NCBI GenBank assembly: GCA_028534125.1
Contig: CM052817.1
Coordinates: 55,616,001 to 55,680,000, forward strand
DNA: 64,000 nucleotides
DNA from: Lama glama
Lineage: Eukaryota
Direction of reading: 5' to 3'
Made by a program: the position numbers and the translations under genes. The notes under the pieces were generated by a model. It was given only the letters and a program-made list of their open reading frames with translations, ran no database searches and was not told the DNA's origin. This document shows, piece after piece, positions 51,620 to 64,000 of this stretch. The stretch's first letter is position 1; every line of letters starts with the position of its first letter.

Positions 51620-52560
51620 TAACAGTAGTCAGAGTGATCTTTTAAAAACTGAAGTCTTGTCATGTCACTTTGCTAAAAGCCAATAGATTCACACCCACTA
51701 TTCCTGGAATTCTGCCTTAGAGCCTTTGACACTGTTTTTGACTCCGCCTAAAATATCCTTCCCCCAGAAGCCTACAGGACTTGTTCCCTGACTTCATTAT
51801 GTTTTTGCTCAAAATGTCACTGAGTCAGAGAGACATTCTCTGACTACTATGTTTAAAACAATACATATCTGTCACTCTCTGCTCACTTAGGCTGATTCAT
51901 TTTTTTTCTCCTTCTTAGCACTTGTGCATTTAATTCATTGCTTGTTCATCTTTGTCTGTTGTCCCTAGAATGTAATTCGCACGGGAGCAGGGACTTTCTA
52001 TGTTCATGTTCACTGCTGATCATTGTGTTACCAAAGGCAAGTTCATGTGCCTGCCGCACCATGAGGCCAAACAAACTGAAACATGAGCTTGGAGCAGAGA
52101 AAGGTTCATTGCAGGGCCCAGCAAGGAGGAAAGTGTAGCTCATGCCCAGGGAAACCCAGAACTCCCCAAACGGTTGCAGCAAAGCATATGTAAAGGCCAG
52201 TTAGGGTGAGAGGTTGCAGGGTACGTGATCAGCTCATGTACAATCTCTGATTGGTTGATGTTGAGGTAACGGCGGTCAACACTATCAACCACTACCAACC
52301 CCTAGGTGCCAGAAGGTCTGGGGCCATGCACTCTTGATCATCAAGTAGTTAATTTTTTTCCTTTTTGGGGTGACTTTAAGCATTCTTAAAAGCTCAGGAA
52401 ATACACATGAGATACTATTATCTGTGTACTTTAGAGAGGAGCTGCAGAAGAGGAGATGGAGGAGGGGTCTGACCCTGGAAGTCCCCACAGGGTCCTGCTT
52501 GGTTACAATTACAGCTTAGAAAAGTGGGCCTTCAATAAAAATCTGTTGAATAAATGAATA
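51620..52560 (+). mobile_element. L2 3' region interrupted by an LTR
   Basis: cagagtgatctttt...ccctagaatgtaattc...gcagggacttt; resumes as ttcaataaaaatctgttgaataaatgaat after the LTR. Confidence 0.75.
52026..52507 (-). mobile_element. ERV1-class solo LTR (MER41-like artiodactyl family)
   Basis: TG...CA ends, 4-bp TSD attg/atta, CCAAT box on the minus strand (ctgattggtt), ends cagggtcctgcttggttaca. Confidence 0.8.
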
Positions 52561-54741
52561 AAATACTGTCATAGAATCTCTAATGGAAAGGAGGAGGTAT
52601 TTGTTGGACAAATCCTCCTTTGATATTGAAGACAACCAGCGGATCTGGTGGATGTGTTAGAAAAATTCATGACTTTATCCAGTCAACTAAAATTTTCACC
52701 TTTAATTTGGCTCTGTGTTATCCCATAGAGGATTCCACCTGTATTATTTTAACTAACCTAACAGCGACACATCTGATCCATTGTATTTGTATTTTTTTCA
52801 AAGACATTTTGAAGCCAAACTAAATATTTTATTTTTATATTGTTAAAAGAGAGAGCTTTGTATCTAAGACCAGCATCTTTACAGAAGACAGGTCCATGTA
52901 ACTGCCAGTCACATACAGCCAAGAAAGTGCTATGATAAATGGAGTCCATGATAAGAAGTGGCTAGAACTATAATACATGCCAAGCATCCCACTCATTAGA
53001 GAAAAGACCCATTCTCCTGACTAGTCACAACAAACCTCATTCATTTCTACCTGTAATGCATAAGTAAAAGGCAAGACCAGCAAAAACCCACTGCTTCAGA
53101 GTGTTACTTTTTTTTTTTTCATACAACAATGTGTCTCGAATAACAGAGAGCAAAGAAAAATAGAGCTGTGGCTGCAGCAATAGAATTCATAGAAATATCA
53201 GCTGAGGTTTCCCTAGGGACACACCAGCAGAAAATTGCAAGATAGCATTTCAGTAAGGGATAAAAGTAATTCCAGAAGGTATGGAGAAGCCAGCCTCCCA
53301 ATTCATTTATCAAAGTGCCTACAGCTCCCTTTTCAAGTCAGGTGAAACAACAATAAATATTTGCGAAGTAAATGAATCTGTACCCAAGGCATTTTAATAA
53401 ATAAAAGGTCAAAAGAACACAGTACAGAGCTTTTAGCTCTTGCCAAATTCTGTAAGTGAGATTTGATTGCAAAGGGGAAAAAATAACATAAAGGAAATAA
53501 AAATACAAAGAGCTGTTGAAGAAAAGCTGGCCCTACTCATTTTATATTTATTTTTTGAATTTAATTTGAGTCATAAAATGCTCACATAATATACATTGCA
53601 GCAGGTAATTAGTAACCAAAACACAATACCTAATGCTCCCATTTTGATTAGTAGTGGAAAGAATTGAAAAAAAAAAAAAGAAGATTGAAAAATGCTTAGG
53701 ACCAGAAAAGTTGAGTATTTATTTTACTAAATTGCAATGGGGAGTTAGAGGAATTTTCAGTTGAAGTAAGAATTCTTCTAGGGACAAGCTAAGATAATTC
53801 CTTTATTTCTGTGTTTCATCTGTCCCCAAATTGAGTAAACACATGTTTCCTTAAATTTCATTGAACCATCTAACAAAAATATTTATTATGAAGCAATGTT
53901 TGCATATTTTCAATTTATTTTCATTAAAAATCAAAAGTGTTTCCATAATAGAAATTAGAGTTTGGCACCAATCACATTAACAGTAACTGAAAAAAATTAC
54001 AATTACAGTCTGAGAAATTTCCCTTGTGGTAGGCCGTATTCTACATTGACAAGTATAAGAAAATGTGAAAGAAAAATCTTGAGCCCTATGAATGGTTAAA
54101 ATCAAATATAGCTCCAGGCTAGTATAGCAATCTCCTTTTTGCCAGGCAGGCATTGCAAGGCCACCTGTCCATTGTGTGTTAAACGAGATTTGCTTTTTTG
54201 TTACCCTTTGTATTCCTTTCTTAAAAACGTAATTGACTTCAGTCAGTATTACCAAAAGCTTAAAGGAATTTTCAGTTCTCCTTTTTATGCCCATCAAGTC
54301 ACTCACACAGTTCTTTCTATTTCTAAAAGGTACACACTTTTATTGTTGTTGTTGTTCATCTCTAATACTATTGGGTCGATTTAGGTCTTCATCACTCCTC
54401 ATCTGAACCGTTACAGCAGCCGCCTAAGTACCGTTGCTTCTGGTTATGCTGCTCACATCAGCTGGCTCCCCTCCCGGAGGTGTATAAAAACACCTGCCAG
54501 CATCAGAGGTTGAGACCTTGTAATGCTTCCCTGTTACCAAGTTGAAGTCCTTAACACAACATTTGTAAGTCATTCTGTGATTTGGCCCTAAGGTACTTCT
54601 TTATCCCTCTTACTGCTCCATGCTCCACTCACCACATTTCTTTAGCTTTATAAACATACCATGATATTTTTTGCTTCCTTGACATCACTGAAATGTTTAT
54701 GGGTGTGTGCACTGTGTGTGTGGTGCATGCCATGTCTGCAG

Positions 54742-54752
54742 TAATAATAATA

Positions 54753-54795
<43 letters not shown>
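54742..54795. repeat. (AAT)n microsatellite
   Basis: Long taa/aat run with minor interruptions. Confidence 0.95.
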
Positions 54796-54797
<2 letters not shown>

Positions 54798-54799
54798 GT

Positions 54800-55040
54800 A
54801 ATAGTAAAAGTAATCACTTCCATAGGTTTTTTTCTCTAAACCAGGCCCTGTTCTAAGCAATATGTATATATAAATGCACTTAAATCTAACAAAAGATCCA
54901 TGAAAGGTGTACTATTATTATCCCCATTTTATGCATTAGGGAACTGAGGCACATTTATTCTAATTCATTTACTCAACTAGTGAATTGGGAGCTGGAATAT
55001 AAACCTAGGGAGCCTGATTTCAGATTTTATGTTTTTAAAT
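54800..55040 (-). mobile_element. MIR SINE
   Basis: ccaggccctgttctaagc...tattatccccattttatgcattagggaactgaggcac. Confidence 0.8.
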
Positions 55041-55369
55041 ATTTTCTATTTTCTTTCTATTCAGTATTCTGAAACCAAATTTAGGATCCCCATTCTCCAA
55101 AATATATTGCATATATCCATGGGGTAGAAGTAGCTATGTATAACCACTATAGTTCTTATATATTGAATTCTATTTTCACCAACATTAAAGCTAGCCCTTA
55201 GACTGTAGTTTCCATCAAAAAAAATCTTTTTTTCATTTATAAGCTTCTGAGCACATAATATAGCTGATAAATGTTAAACAGAACATCCTTATTTTTATGT
55301 AAATACATTTACATCAAAATCTGGAATACATATCTTGCTTTTCTGGGTTCCTCAGTAGTCCTATTTAAT

Positions 55370-55505
55370 TGGGCCTTTTTTTCTCCCCAGTGTAAAATGA
55401 GGATAAAAATGACACCTATCTCATAACACTTTGTTGAGGAATAATTAGATAATGCCCGTGTCTACCGCAAGATAAACACGACACTGATAGATTGGCGCTA
55501 CTTAT
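55370..55505 (+). mobile_element. MIR fragment
   Basis: tgtaaaatgaggataaaaatgacacctatctcata...gttgaggaataattagataatgc. Confidence 0.7.
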
Positions 55506-58500
55506 TTTACCCTTGTTCTAAGCAATTTTTGGTCATAGATAGTGACTGTGAGTTTAAATCATTTAATTATGAAAATATTCCAATACTGATTTCACTGTAT
55601 TCAACCTGTTTTTTTTCCACTTAATTTGTTCTTCTTTTAACAACAGTTCTTCTGTGAATTCTCCTTCACTTTGGAAAACTCAACCTAATAAAACAACTTT
55701 TAGATCAGGACTATTGGTGATTTAGACTTGTCAGTTCTTGATGAGCCCCAGGAAAACTGCTGGAGTGTTTTTTTTTTTCACAGTTGGTATTCTAAAGCCC
55801 TTTCTAAAGAAAGACTTTCCTTAGAATGAGGGCATATCTTAAAAAAAAAAAAAAGACACTACCCTGAGGGCAGAAATTATTGATGGTATTATTTTTTCAG
55901 GTAAGTGAGGTTAGCCCACTCAGCTCCATTCCTGCTGATAGCTGCTCAGGGATTTTCTGTTCAAGTGTTTATGCCTTCCCTGTGTACTTCATAGAAACTT
56001 CTACTGATGGAAGAATTTTGAAAATGACTTGTATTAGCATATGAAAATAATCTCATCTTTAGAAACACAAGCACACACACTCACGCACAAGCACAAACAC
56101 TATAATGACAGTGTTAGCTGCTGCATGAAGACGTGACTTGGAACGAGCGTTCCTGGACTGAATCGTGCTTTTGGAGGATGTCAGCTGGAACATGTCAGGG
56201 GAGCTAATCATTTTGCCGCATACTTGTCATCAGGTTCCTGGTAAGAGGATTCAATATCGGACTCCTTCCTTGGTATTAAATACAATTTCTGAGTAAGATC
56301 ACATATTTGCATGTATGTCAGCCTTGCTACTTTCCAAAATCCCCATTTCTGCATTCTCTTCTGTTTCCTTAGGTCAGAGAACCCATAATTATCATGGCCA
56401 TCACAGTTTAATACACATTCTGCTTGTCTGAAAGAAGTACTCCCTGCTGTTCCTGTGTTTGTGCTGTTTTTTATTCCTTTCACCTCAGACTTTTCTGGAT
56501 CTCTACTAAGCAGACCTTGAACCTCAGGTTATGACATCCTTATGATATCACATTATAGTCTCTCCTTCTGTCTCCCCACCACACACATACACAATGACAG
56601 TGCAATATAACAAACAGATAATTTTTGTTTCATACTGTTTTCAGGCTATGATAGTCCCAAATGGGAAGAACGTATAGATTTACATGGCATTATGTTTTCA
56701 CTTATACTTAGTTTTTAATGGCTAATATATTATTCTCATTTCTCTTGACATTAACTCACACTCAGTCACTCAAGGGTTATATCTCTTATACCACGTGCCT
56801 GCCTAAAAATTTCTGACATGACAATTGTTTTGCATCTTATGTTCTATCAATTAAATACTTTTTGGGAAAAAAAATGACTATTCAGCCGAAAGTTAACTGT
56901 ATAACATGATCAAACTAAACAGTAGTATAGATCTTCATAGGAAACAACACAGAAACATGCTTTTTATCATGTAAAAAATAAGTATTTAAAAATTATATTT
57001 AATAGTTAAATATATATACATATAATTTTTCTAGTAGGAAACTGACAAAACCATGATTAAAAGCATGATTCTGTTTGGCTGGAAATTTAAGCTATTAAGT
57101 TACTATGAAAGTCAAGGAAAAACCCTTCCCAAAACAAGTTTTCTCTGAAGACCTCTAGCTATTAATTCTGAACACAGGAAATAAGATCAATTGGCTGATT
57201 TTAAATCCGACTACCAACTATTCAGATGGATTACATAAAGAGCAAGAACAAAATAAGACATATATACCCGAAAAATACATTCTGAAAGTGTAGACTGCAA
57301 GTAATTAAAATTAGTAATCCTGTATCACAAACAACTTTTTCCAAAAGAGTGTATGTTTCCTTAGGAAGTTCATTTTATGAAGACACAAAACTTTAGTTAC
57401 CTATTATGTATACATATTTTCAAAAATTCTCTTAATATACCTTTTTAAAGAGAAAGACTCATTTTTCTCTCAGAATAATTACTTGTGATGACTGACCAAG
57501 GACTTTGAAGTATAAAATATGGAAAACAATTTTAGCATGAAATAATAATTAGGTTGAAAGGATTTATACATTTTAGGGAAGATTTTATCTTTTTATTTAC
57601 AGTTTTCAAATTTTACTTTAAAAATATTATGCATTTATTAAATGTATATTTTATGCTGAACACTGCATGAGATGTTTTATTTCAGTTGTTTTACTCCTTG
57701 GGAAGAAAACTAAAACAAGAAAGTGCTAGTGAACTAAATTGTATTCTTTCTTTATTTGTCACAGACATCTATTCGATTTTAAATATTCACCAGAAACTAT
57801 AAATTATAAAGACAAACAGGTGGAACAGATTTCTCAATATTCTAATTTGAGGGGAAAATTTAAACATGTCTTAAATTTGTTCTATTAAAACAGACAAATT
57901 TGATGAAAATGGAAAAAGTCAAAATTCATAGTTCACTAATATGAAGAGGTGATATATTCTGAAAGATACTGTTAACTAAATTTCTACAAGTTCTCCAATA
58001 TTAAAATTGCCTGATTTTCTCTTTTTTTGAAACAGATGAGGGATATTTATAGGATCTAGATAAAACATAGTGTTTGGTTTGAATGAAAACATTTTTCTAC
58101 TCATAAAATTGCTGCCAGAGTTTGCATTTTTTTAATCCAAGATCTTGTATTCAGCTATTTAAATAAACTAAAAGGAGTTGGTTGTTTTAGAGGCAATTTA
58201 TTTACATGTACATTTAAATCACAGTTGTGATGGCTCCATAAACTATAATGTGTTTTTTAGATTCTGGTTTTGATTAAATCTGAATAACCTGTATATTTTC
58301 TATTCAGGAAAAACTAACCATACATTTTATATAGCAGCCTTCGGAAGTAAGTTCGAAAATAAAATAAAATTTTAACCCCCTGATGTTTAAGCTTCAGTTC
58401 CAATTGTATTTTTCTCACCAAAAACGAAAGCAAAAAAAAAAAAAAAGAATCCATTTCAGCATAGTTTTATATACTCTTCATAGTAATCCTCAAGATGGAA

Positions 58501-60523
58501 GATAATAGATTTTCTACCAAAACATGAGTGTCCATTATGGAAAATTGAAGTAGCCAAATGACAGCTGTTTTGAGTTTTCCTGTGAATCTGTCATATACCA
58601 TCAGATTTTCTTCTTCCGCTGATTTACTCACCCAGTTTATTGAAAGTATTGTAATTTCTGAAATTGTCACAATCAGACCTCAGTCACAATGGTGAAATCT
58701 CTCCTGGTTGTTTAGCTTAAAAGCCCCATCAAAAACTAAGAAAAATATTCAGGAGAGAGAAGACCAATCAGCAATTAGAAGCTTATCAACACTGAAACTA
58801 TTGCCAATATGTTGGTAAAGAGGCCCTGATTAGCTAACTCCAAATTTCAAGATATTTATTTACTTCTCCTAACCATTGCAACTAAGTTTATAGAAGAAAG
58901 GTACCTAATTATCAAATAACATAATTTGTATCAAGACGTTTCATAAACAAAGGGCAAATGCTTTCACTATTGTTACTTATTAGAAAGAATATATTAATCA
59001 AATTATTTGTCTGAAATTGAAAATTTTTGCAGAAAACCAAAATCAAAGGAATGAAAAACATATTTACACCTGAGCTTCTAATTTAAGGTCTGCCAATAGT
59101 TCTAGCACCCATTTAAAAAGTTGAATATCTTCAGTCACTTCATCTTTCCTTTTTGAGGGGGAGTATTTAATATGAATTTTTTGTTCTTTTATTTCTTTTT
59201 CTACTTGGGACAATTTTTGTTGTTACTAGAATTCGCATTTTCAATATTAATACTTGTCACTGAGAAGCATTTCACTTATAACAGGCTGTCCCTTTGACCA
59301 TATAATAATAGATATGTGTCCATTTTATCCTTATGTTAAATAAAAATACTGCTCACAACATTGTTTCCGCTGAACACTCTCTAAACATAATAAACTTTTG
59401 AAGACTTCCTCAGAAAATGGCAGATTTAGAAAAATTATGAAGGTTACGGCTATGCATTTAGTCACAAAAATATTCCCTTTCAGTATATTTAAAAACAAAT
59501 CAATTGAACTGAAAGTTTCTGTAAAATTACTTTGTTTATGTTGCTGCTGTATAGACAATGACTAACTCTATTGTTATTATGCATAGAAACTAACTTACTT
59601 ATACTAATCAGTTCTACTTGATTTAATTTATAAAGTTTGTTTTTTTTGTGTACACATCCTTATTTCTGAAGCAGTTGCTAATTGCTGTTTTAGGATTATT
59701 CCAGACATTGCAGGAGATACATAAATACATAAATGAAATAACTCCTCATAACATAGAGATGTGGAAGAAAACAAGATCAATTAGCACTGAGATCATCTGA
59801 GCAGGAGAGATACTGTGAGACTAGGAAAGATTTGTTTCAGTAAAGTGGATGTATTGGAACATAGATCAACCAAACACTTTATGTTTTGCTTATTAAATAT
59901 GGCATAGATATCAAAGAATAGTAAAAAATGAGTTTAGGTAGATAAGGATGAGTGGATTTTTCAAGCCTGAAAGCTGGAAGAGATTTCAAAGTGATAGGAA
60001 AATCACTAGTAAAAATGTAACACTTGATAACTTTGATATTGACTTGCCAGTATTTACTTTGACTAAAGGATTTTAGCTAGATGTTAACAGTTGGTAACTG
60101 AGTATCCTAGTATAATTAATATGCCTGACACAAGCAGAAAAATTTTTAGCTGTCCTACTCTTTAATTAGATGGAGGAAAAGACCAAAATACAAAATGGAT
60201 ATTTCCTCATGAAAGGAGGTCATCCCCAGATACTTCAAATCTTCTGTAAACATCAAATTACTTCTAAGAAAATATACAAATGGAAACAAGAAGCTAGCAA
60301 CTATGCAGAGCAGATGAAAAAAATCACCCCCCAGAAATGACTTGAACCTTTCTGGATTAACTTGTATCATATGTAAATCTCCCTTTTTTCTCAAATCATC
60401 AAGTTATAATATTTATCTCAAATTAATTTTGCAAACTGCTTTGAAAACACATCTTTCTCTGTTTACTTTATTTTCCCAAATCTCATATTAAAAATAAAGA
60501 ATAGTATTAAATTTATTTATTTA

Positions 60524-60885
60524 TGTATTTTCTTAGCCCGTTCAGGCCGCTACAACAGAATGCCATAGACTAGGTGGCTTATAAATGCTGAAAAGTTATT
60601 TTGCAAAGTTCTGAAATCTATAGAAGTGTATAAGAGCAGGATGCCAACATGGTGGGGTCCTGCTGAAGGCCCTCTTCTGGTTTGCAGACTGCCAGCTTCT
60701 CACTGTATCTTTACCTGGTAGAAGATCTCTTTTAAGCCTGTTTTATAAGGGCACTAATCTCATTCATGATGGCTCCTCCCTCATAACCTAACTACCTCCC
60801 AAAGGCCTCACCTTCTACCACCATCACCTTAATGGTTAGGATTCATTACGTGAACTTTGAGGGTACACAGACATTCATAACTTTC
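60524..60885 (-). mobile_element. MLT1A-like MaLR LTR
   Basis: cttagcccgttcaggccgctacaacagaatgccatagactaggtggcttataaa...ttataagggcactaatctcattcatga...cctcccaaaggcc. Confidence 0.85.
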
Positions 60886-62776
60886 ACATACTCATCTGTT
60901 GCTTTAGGCAGAATTATCTTCTTGTTTGAACTACTTGACTCAGTCAGTTGGTATGTTTTTAGTTAAACAAATAGACTTGGATTTGAGGTAAAACTGCTAT
61001 AAAAAATTGTGACAAACACATTTCACTGAGCTACCAAACCCATTTCTAATCAGCTAGATCTGTTTTGCTCACAGAATATGCAATAGAACGGAAAATACTG
61101 GATGAAGATTAAAAGTGTTAGCATCTTTGTTGGATAATATAATTTGGCAAGCAGTTCTAAAAGCTCCTTGGGAAATCATTAGCATTAGGAATTGAATAGC
61201 AAATGCCTGAACTTTGTGGACAATCAATTCAGTAGTCATTTTATTGACCAAAGAATAATCACGAAAGAGAATGTAAATATCTTAATTTAAAAATCTTGAG
61301 GTTATTTTTTAAATCATAAACTCCACATTTATGACACTCTAGTTTTAGAACAGAAACTGAACACCCATTTATGAATGAGACAGTATGTATTATATGAATG
61401 AACCATTCTGAAATCCTAAACATGTGTGATTATCTTCAAGGCATTTTAGGATTTATCTCCTTATTACTGTGTAGTGATGCTAACTTTATAATGGCTTATA
61501 CTTATTGCTAAATTTTAGGCTAAAAATGATAAAAGATTTTTAGATTCAAGTATCTGTTTACATAATTACCTATATGTTTGTATCTACTCTTAATTTGGGG
61601 GAGAACTGAAATAAAAAGTTCATTGGAATTCAGTCTTAATATTAAGATTTTAGACCAATTAAAATTATGTGTACATAACTTTACCTAAATTAAAATTTGA
61701 AATACTAAGGCATATTACTGTGGCTTGATGTTTGCCTATAATTGCTTTTACATGATGTTAATGCCTATATTTCTAGATATGACAGATGAAAAAAAGTCAG
61801 ATTATAAGACCAGATTCTGCCTCGACACATAAATTTAATTGTGTGACCACTGAGTTGGCCATCAACTCAAAATTAAAAAGGTGATTTATTTTACTATCTC
61901 TTGGGAGACTTATTTGACAAGGTATAGATCAGTTCATAGCTATTCAATATATGTCTGACACTGGCACAATATTTAATTAGTGATTAATTCAATAAATTAC
62001 CATGCCCCAGGAGAATATACACCTGAGACATTAATAACCTTATTTTAATACAGAATTTTTTGTCATTTTTATTTATTGGTGGTTTTTTAGTTTATTTTAC
62101 ATTGAGATGAGAATAGAGCCTTAAAAAACCTGAAATCTAATGAAACAAAAGCTGGATTATTAAAGCTGAATGCTAAAAGGACCATTTTGAGAAAATAAAA
62201 TGTTAAAAACAAACACAGTCATTATATTAAAATAATTCAAGATGTACTGTTATTTTGACTATAATGAGAGCAACAGAATTTACCAGCAGTTCCTGATTTG
62301 ATAATGTTTTCAAAGAAAGAAAAAGGACAATTTTTACATTTTATGGACTTACATCACAAAATCTACATGTCTCAAAAGCAAGGTTTTATGGATAAACATT
62401 TATTGTTGTGAGGCTTATCTATAAGAGAAAAAAATCTTGTTTGTTTTCTTTGTTTTTGATGCTGAGGCATTTGTGCCAGTTTTATTTCCAGTAGACTTAT
62501 CTTTAATTTCCTTAAAAAATGCTTAAATTAGCTTTAAGTTAAAACAATTGAAAATTTCAAGAAAGAAAAAAATACAGGAAAAGATGATATGTTTGATGAA
62601 GTTGGCTGCTATTATTTTTCACTTATGATTTTCAATATGATTTCAATCTTTAGCAAATAAAAGGAAGAATATATCTTAACCTACATTAAGGGGAAATGAC
62701 TACTTAAAGCTCTATAAATACATAAATATTTTTTAAATGTGTTAAAAGAAGTTAATATTACCTGATTCTTTAAATA

Positions 62777-62930
62777 CAGCAGCATTGCCCAAAATGGTAG
62801 CCATGAGGTCTGTGACTATGTACATTTAAATTTAAATTGATAAATTAAATTCCATTAAAGTTTATTTACTCAGACACAGTAGGCACATTTCAAGTGCTCC
62901 GTGTGGCTACTGGCTAGCATACAGCAACTA
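62777..62930. mobile_element. MER3/MER33-like hAT-Charlie MITE fragment
   Basis: aaatggtagcca...atttaaatttaaatt...gcacatttcaagtgctc...tgtggctactggcta. Confidence 0.65.
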
Positions 62931-63942
62931 GACAGATCTGCAGAGTGACTTTAAAAAATAACACACAAGGATTGTCTTATAGAAAGGTCCTACATTTCTC
63001 ATTTTTAAAGACTACTTTTTTTTTTTCTATGACCAATGCTAGTTGAATAGGAACACAACCTAGATTTTCTCTAAGGAAAAGAGAAAGTGAATATATTTAT
63101 CTTTTTTTAAATTTCCTTGATGGAAATAATACCACATAGCCATAGCCATCTACAACCACTAGGATGCATAACTTTTGTTTCTTTAAAAAGCTGTAATCTG
63201 TGAGTTGTGAGCATGCTAATACTTATTTAAATCTCTCTGTGTATTGCTGGCACTGAGAATTTTACTCCCTCCCAAAACCCCATTAAAATTAAAGTTTTTT
63301 TTTTTTAAAGGACTTAGACCAAGAAGTTTGGAGAGAATAGAGCAAGAGACACTGATCACAGAAGTTTAGTATCTGGCAGGTAGATAGATGAAATGAAATA
63401 GATCTGAGTCAGCCTATAAGCCACTAATGAGGAGAATGTAGAAACAACTCATTATACCAAAGAATCCTCAAAAATGTCAGAAAAGAGGACAGATATTTGC
63501 ACTGAAACATTTATACAGGAAAAAAAAATATATCGAGAATGGTCTCTATTCAGTAGACTTTGATCTAAAAAATGATAATCAGAACTAGTAAAAATATTAT
63601 TTGGTGTTTGATTTTCAAATAAAAATATTATAGACTAGTGATTAGAAACTGTGGAAATGGCTGTTTTTCATATACATATGAAATATGTATATATACACCA
63701 GAAAATACAATTTGAATAAATATTACAGGTAAATAAAAAATAAAATGCTGATAACATATGGAAAAATACATTTTTAGAAAAATACTATAGAAATGTTACT
63801 AAAGATATATATGACCTAGAAATTAATTAAATACATGGATGTGTACCTAGAATTATACTATTGTTAGTGTTTTGATAATCAGTATGAAATATTTTCTTGC
63901 CTTAACATGCACAGCAACATTTTTATTAAAAAAAACAATTTT

Positions 63943-64000
63943 GCGGGGTAGGGTATAGCTCAAGCAGTAGGGCACATGCTTAGCATGCACAAAGTCCTGT
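63943..64000 (+). mobile_element. tRNA-derived SINE (camelid Vic-1-type), truncated by window end
   Basis: ggggtagggtatagctcaagcagtagggcacatgcttagcatgcacaaagtcctg: tRNA-like head with A box, preceded by an A-rich L1-endonuclease-type site. Confidence 0.8.

Noticed and set aside
55860..56483. Strong splice-donor-like caggtaagt (~55898-55906) and 91-aa minus-strand ORF 56208-56483 as possible exons
   Set aside because: No recognisable protein similarity or consistent exon structure; cannot be supported without transcript data.
1..64000. Prokaryotic-type systems (CRISPR arrays, operons), rRNA or genuine tRNA genes
   Set aside because: The sequence is mammalian and repeat-rich with no regularly spaced repeats. 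The only tRNA-like sequence seen is a SINE head.

Overview
AT-rich mammalian genomic DNA with no recognisable host protein-coding exon. The host is most likely a camelid, inferred from a Vic-1-type tRNA-derived SINE at the right edge and camelid-type L1 3' tails. The window is dominated by interspersed repeats (L1, L2, MIR, MaLR/ERV LTRs, Tigger1, MER3-like) and has one 500-N gap flanked by a 199-bp exact duplication. The main observation is a heavily decayed endogenous bornavirus-like element on the minus strand at about 1570-3600, possibly extending to about 4110. Hand translation across frameshifts and stops gives collinear matches to the C-terminal half of bornavirus G, a near-complete M, and the N-terminal ~300 aa of L. 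The order is G-M-L, the Carbovirus/Cultervirus arrangement rather than the Orthobornavirus M-G-L. The ORF track does not reveal it because the frames are broken. All protein comparisons use BoDV-1 sequences recalled from memory, and repeat family names are by-eye calls; both need confirmation by tBLASTn/HMM and RepeatMasker.
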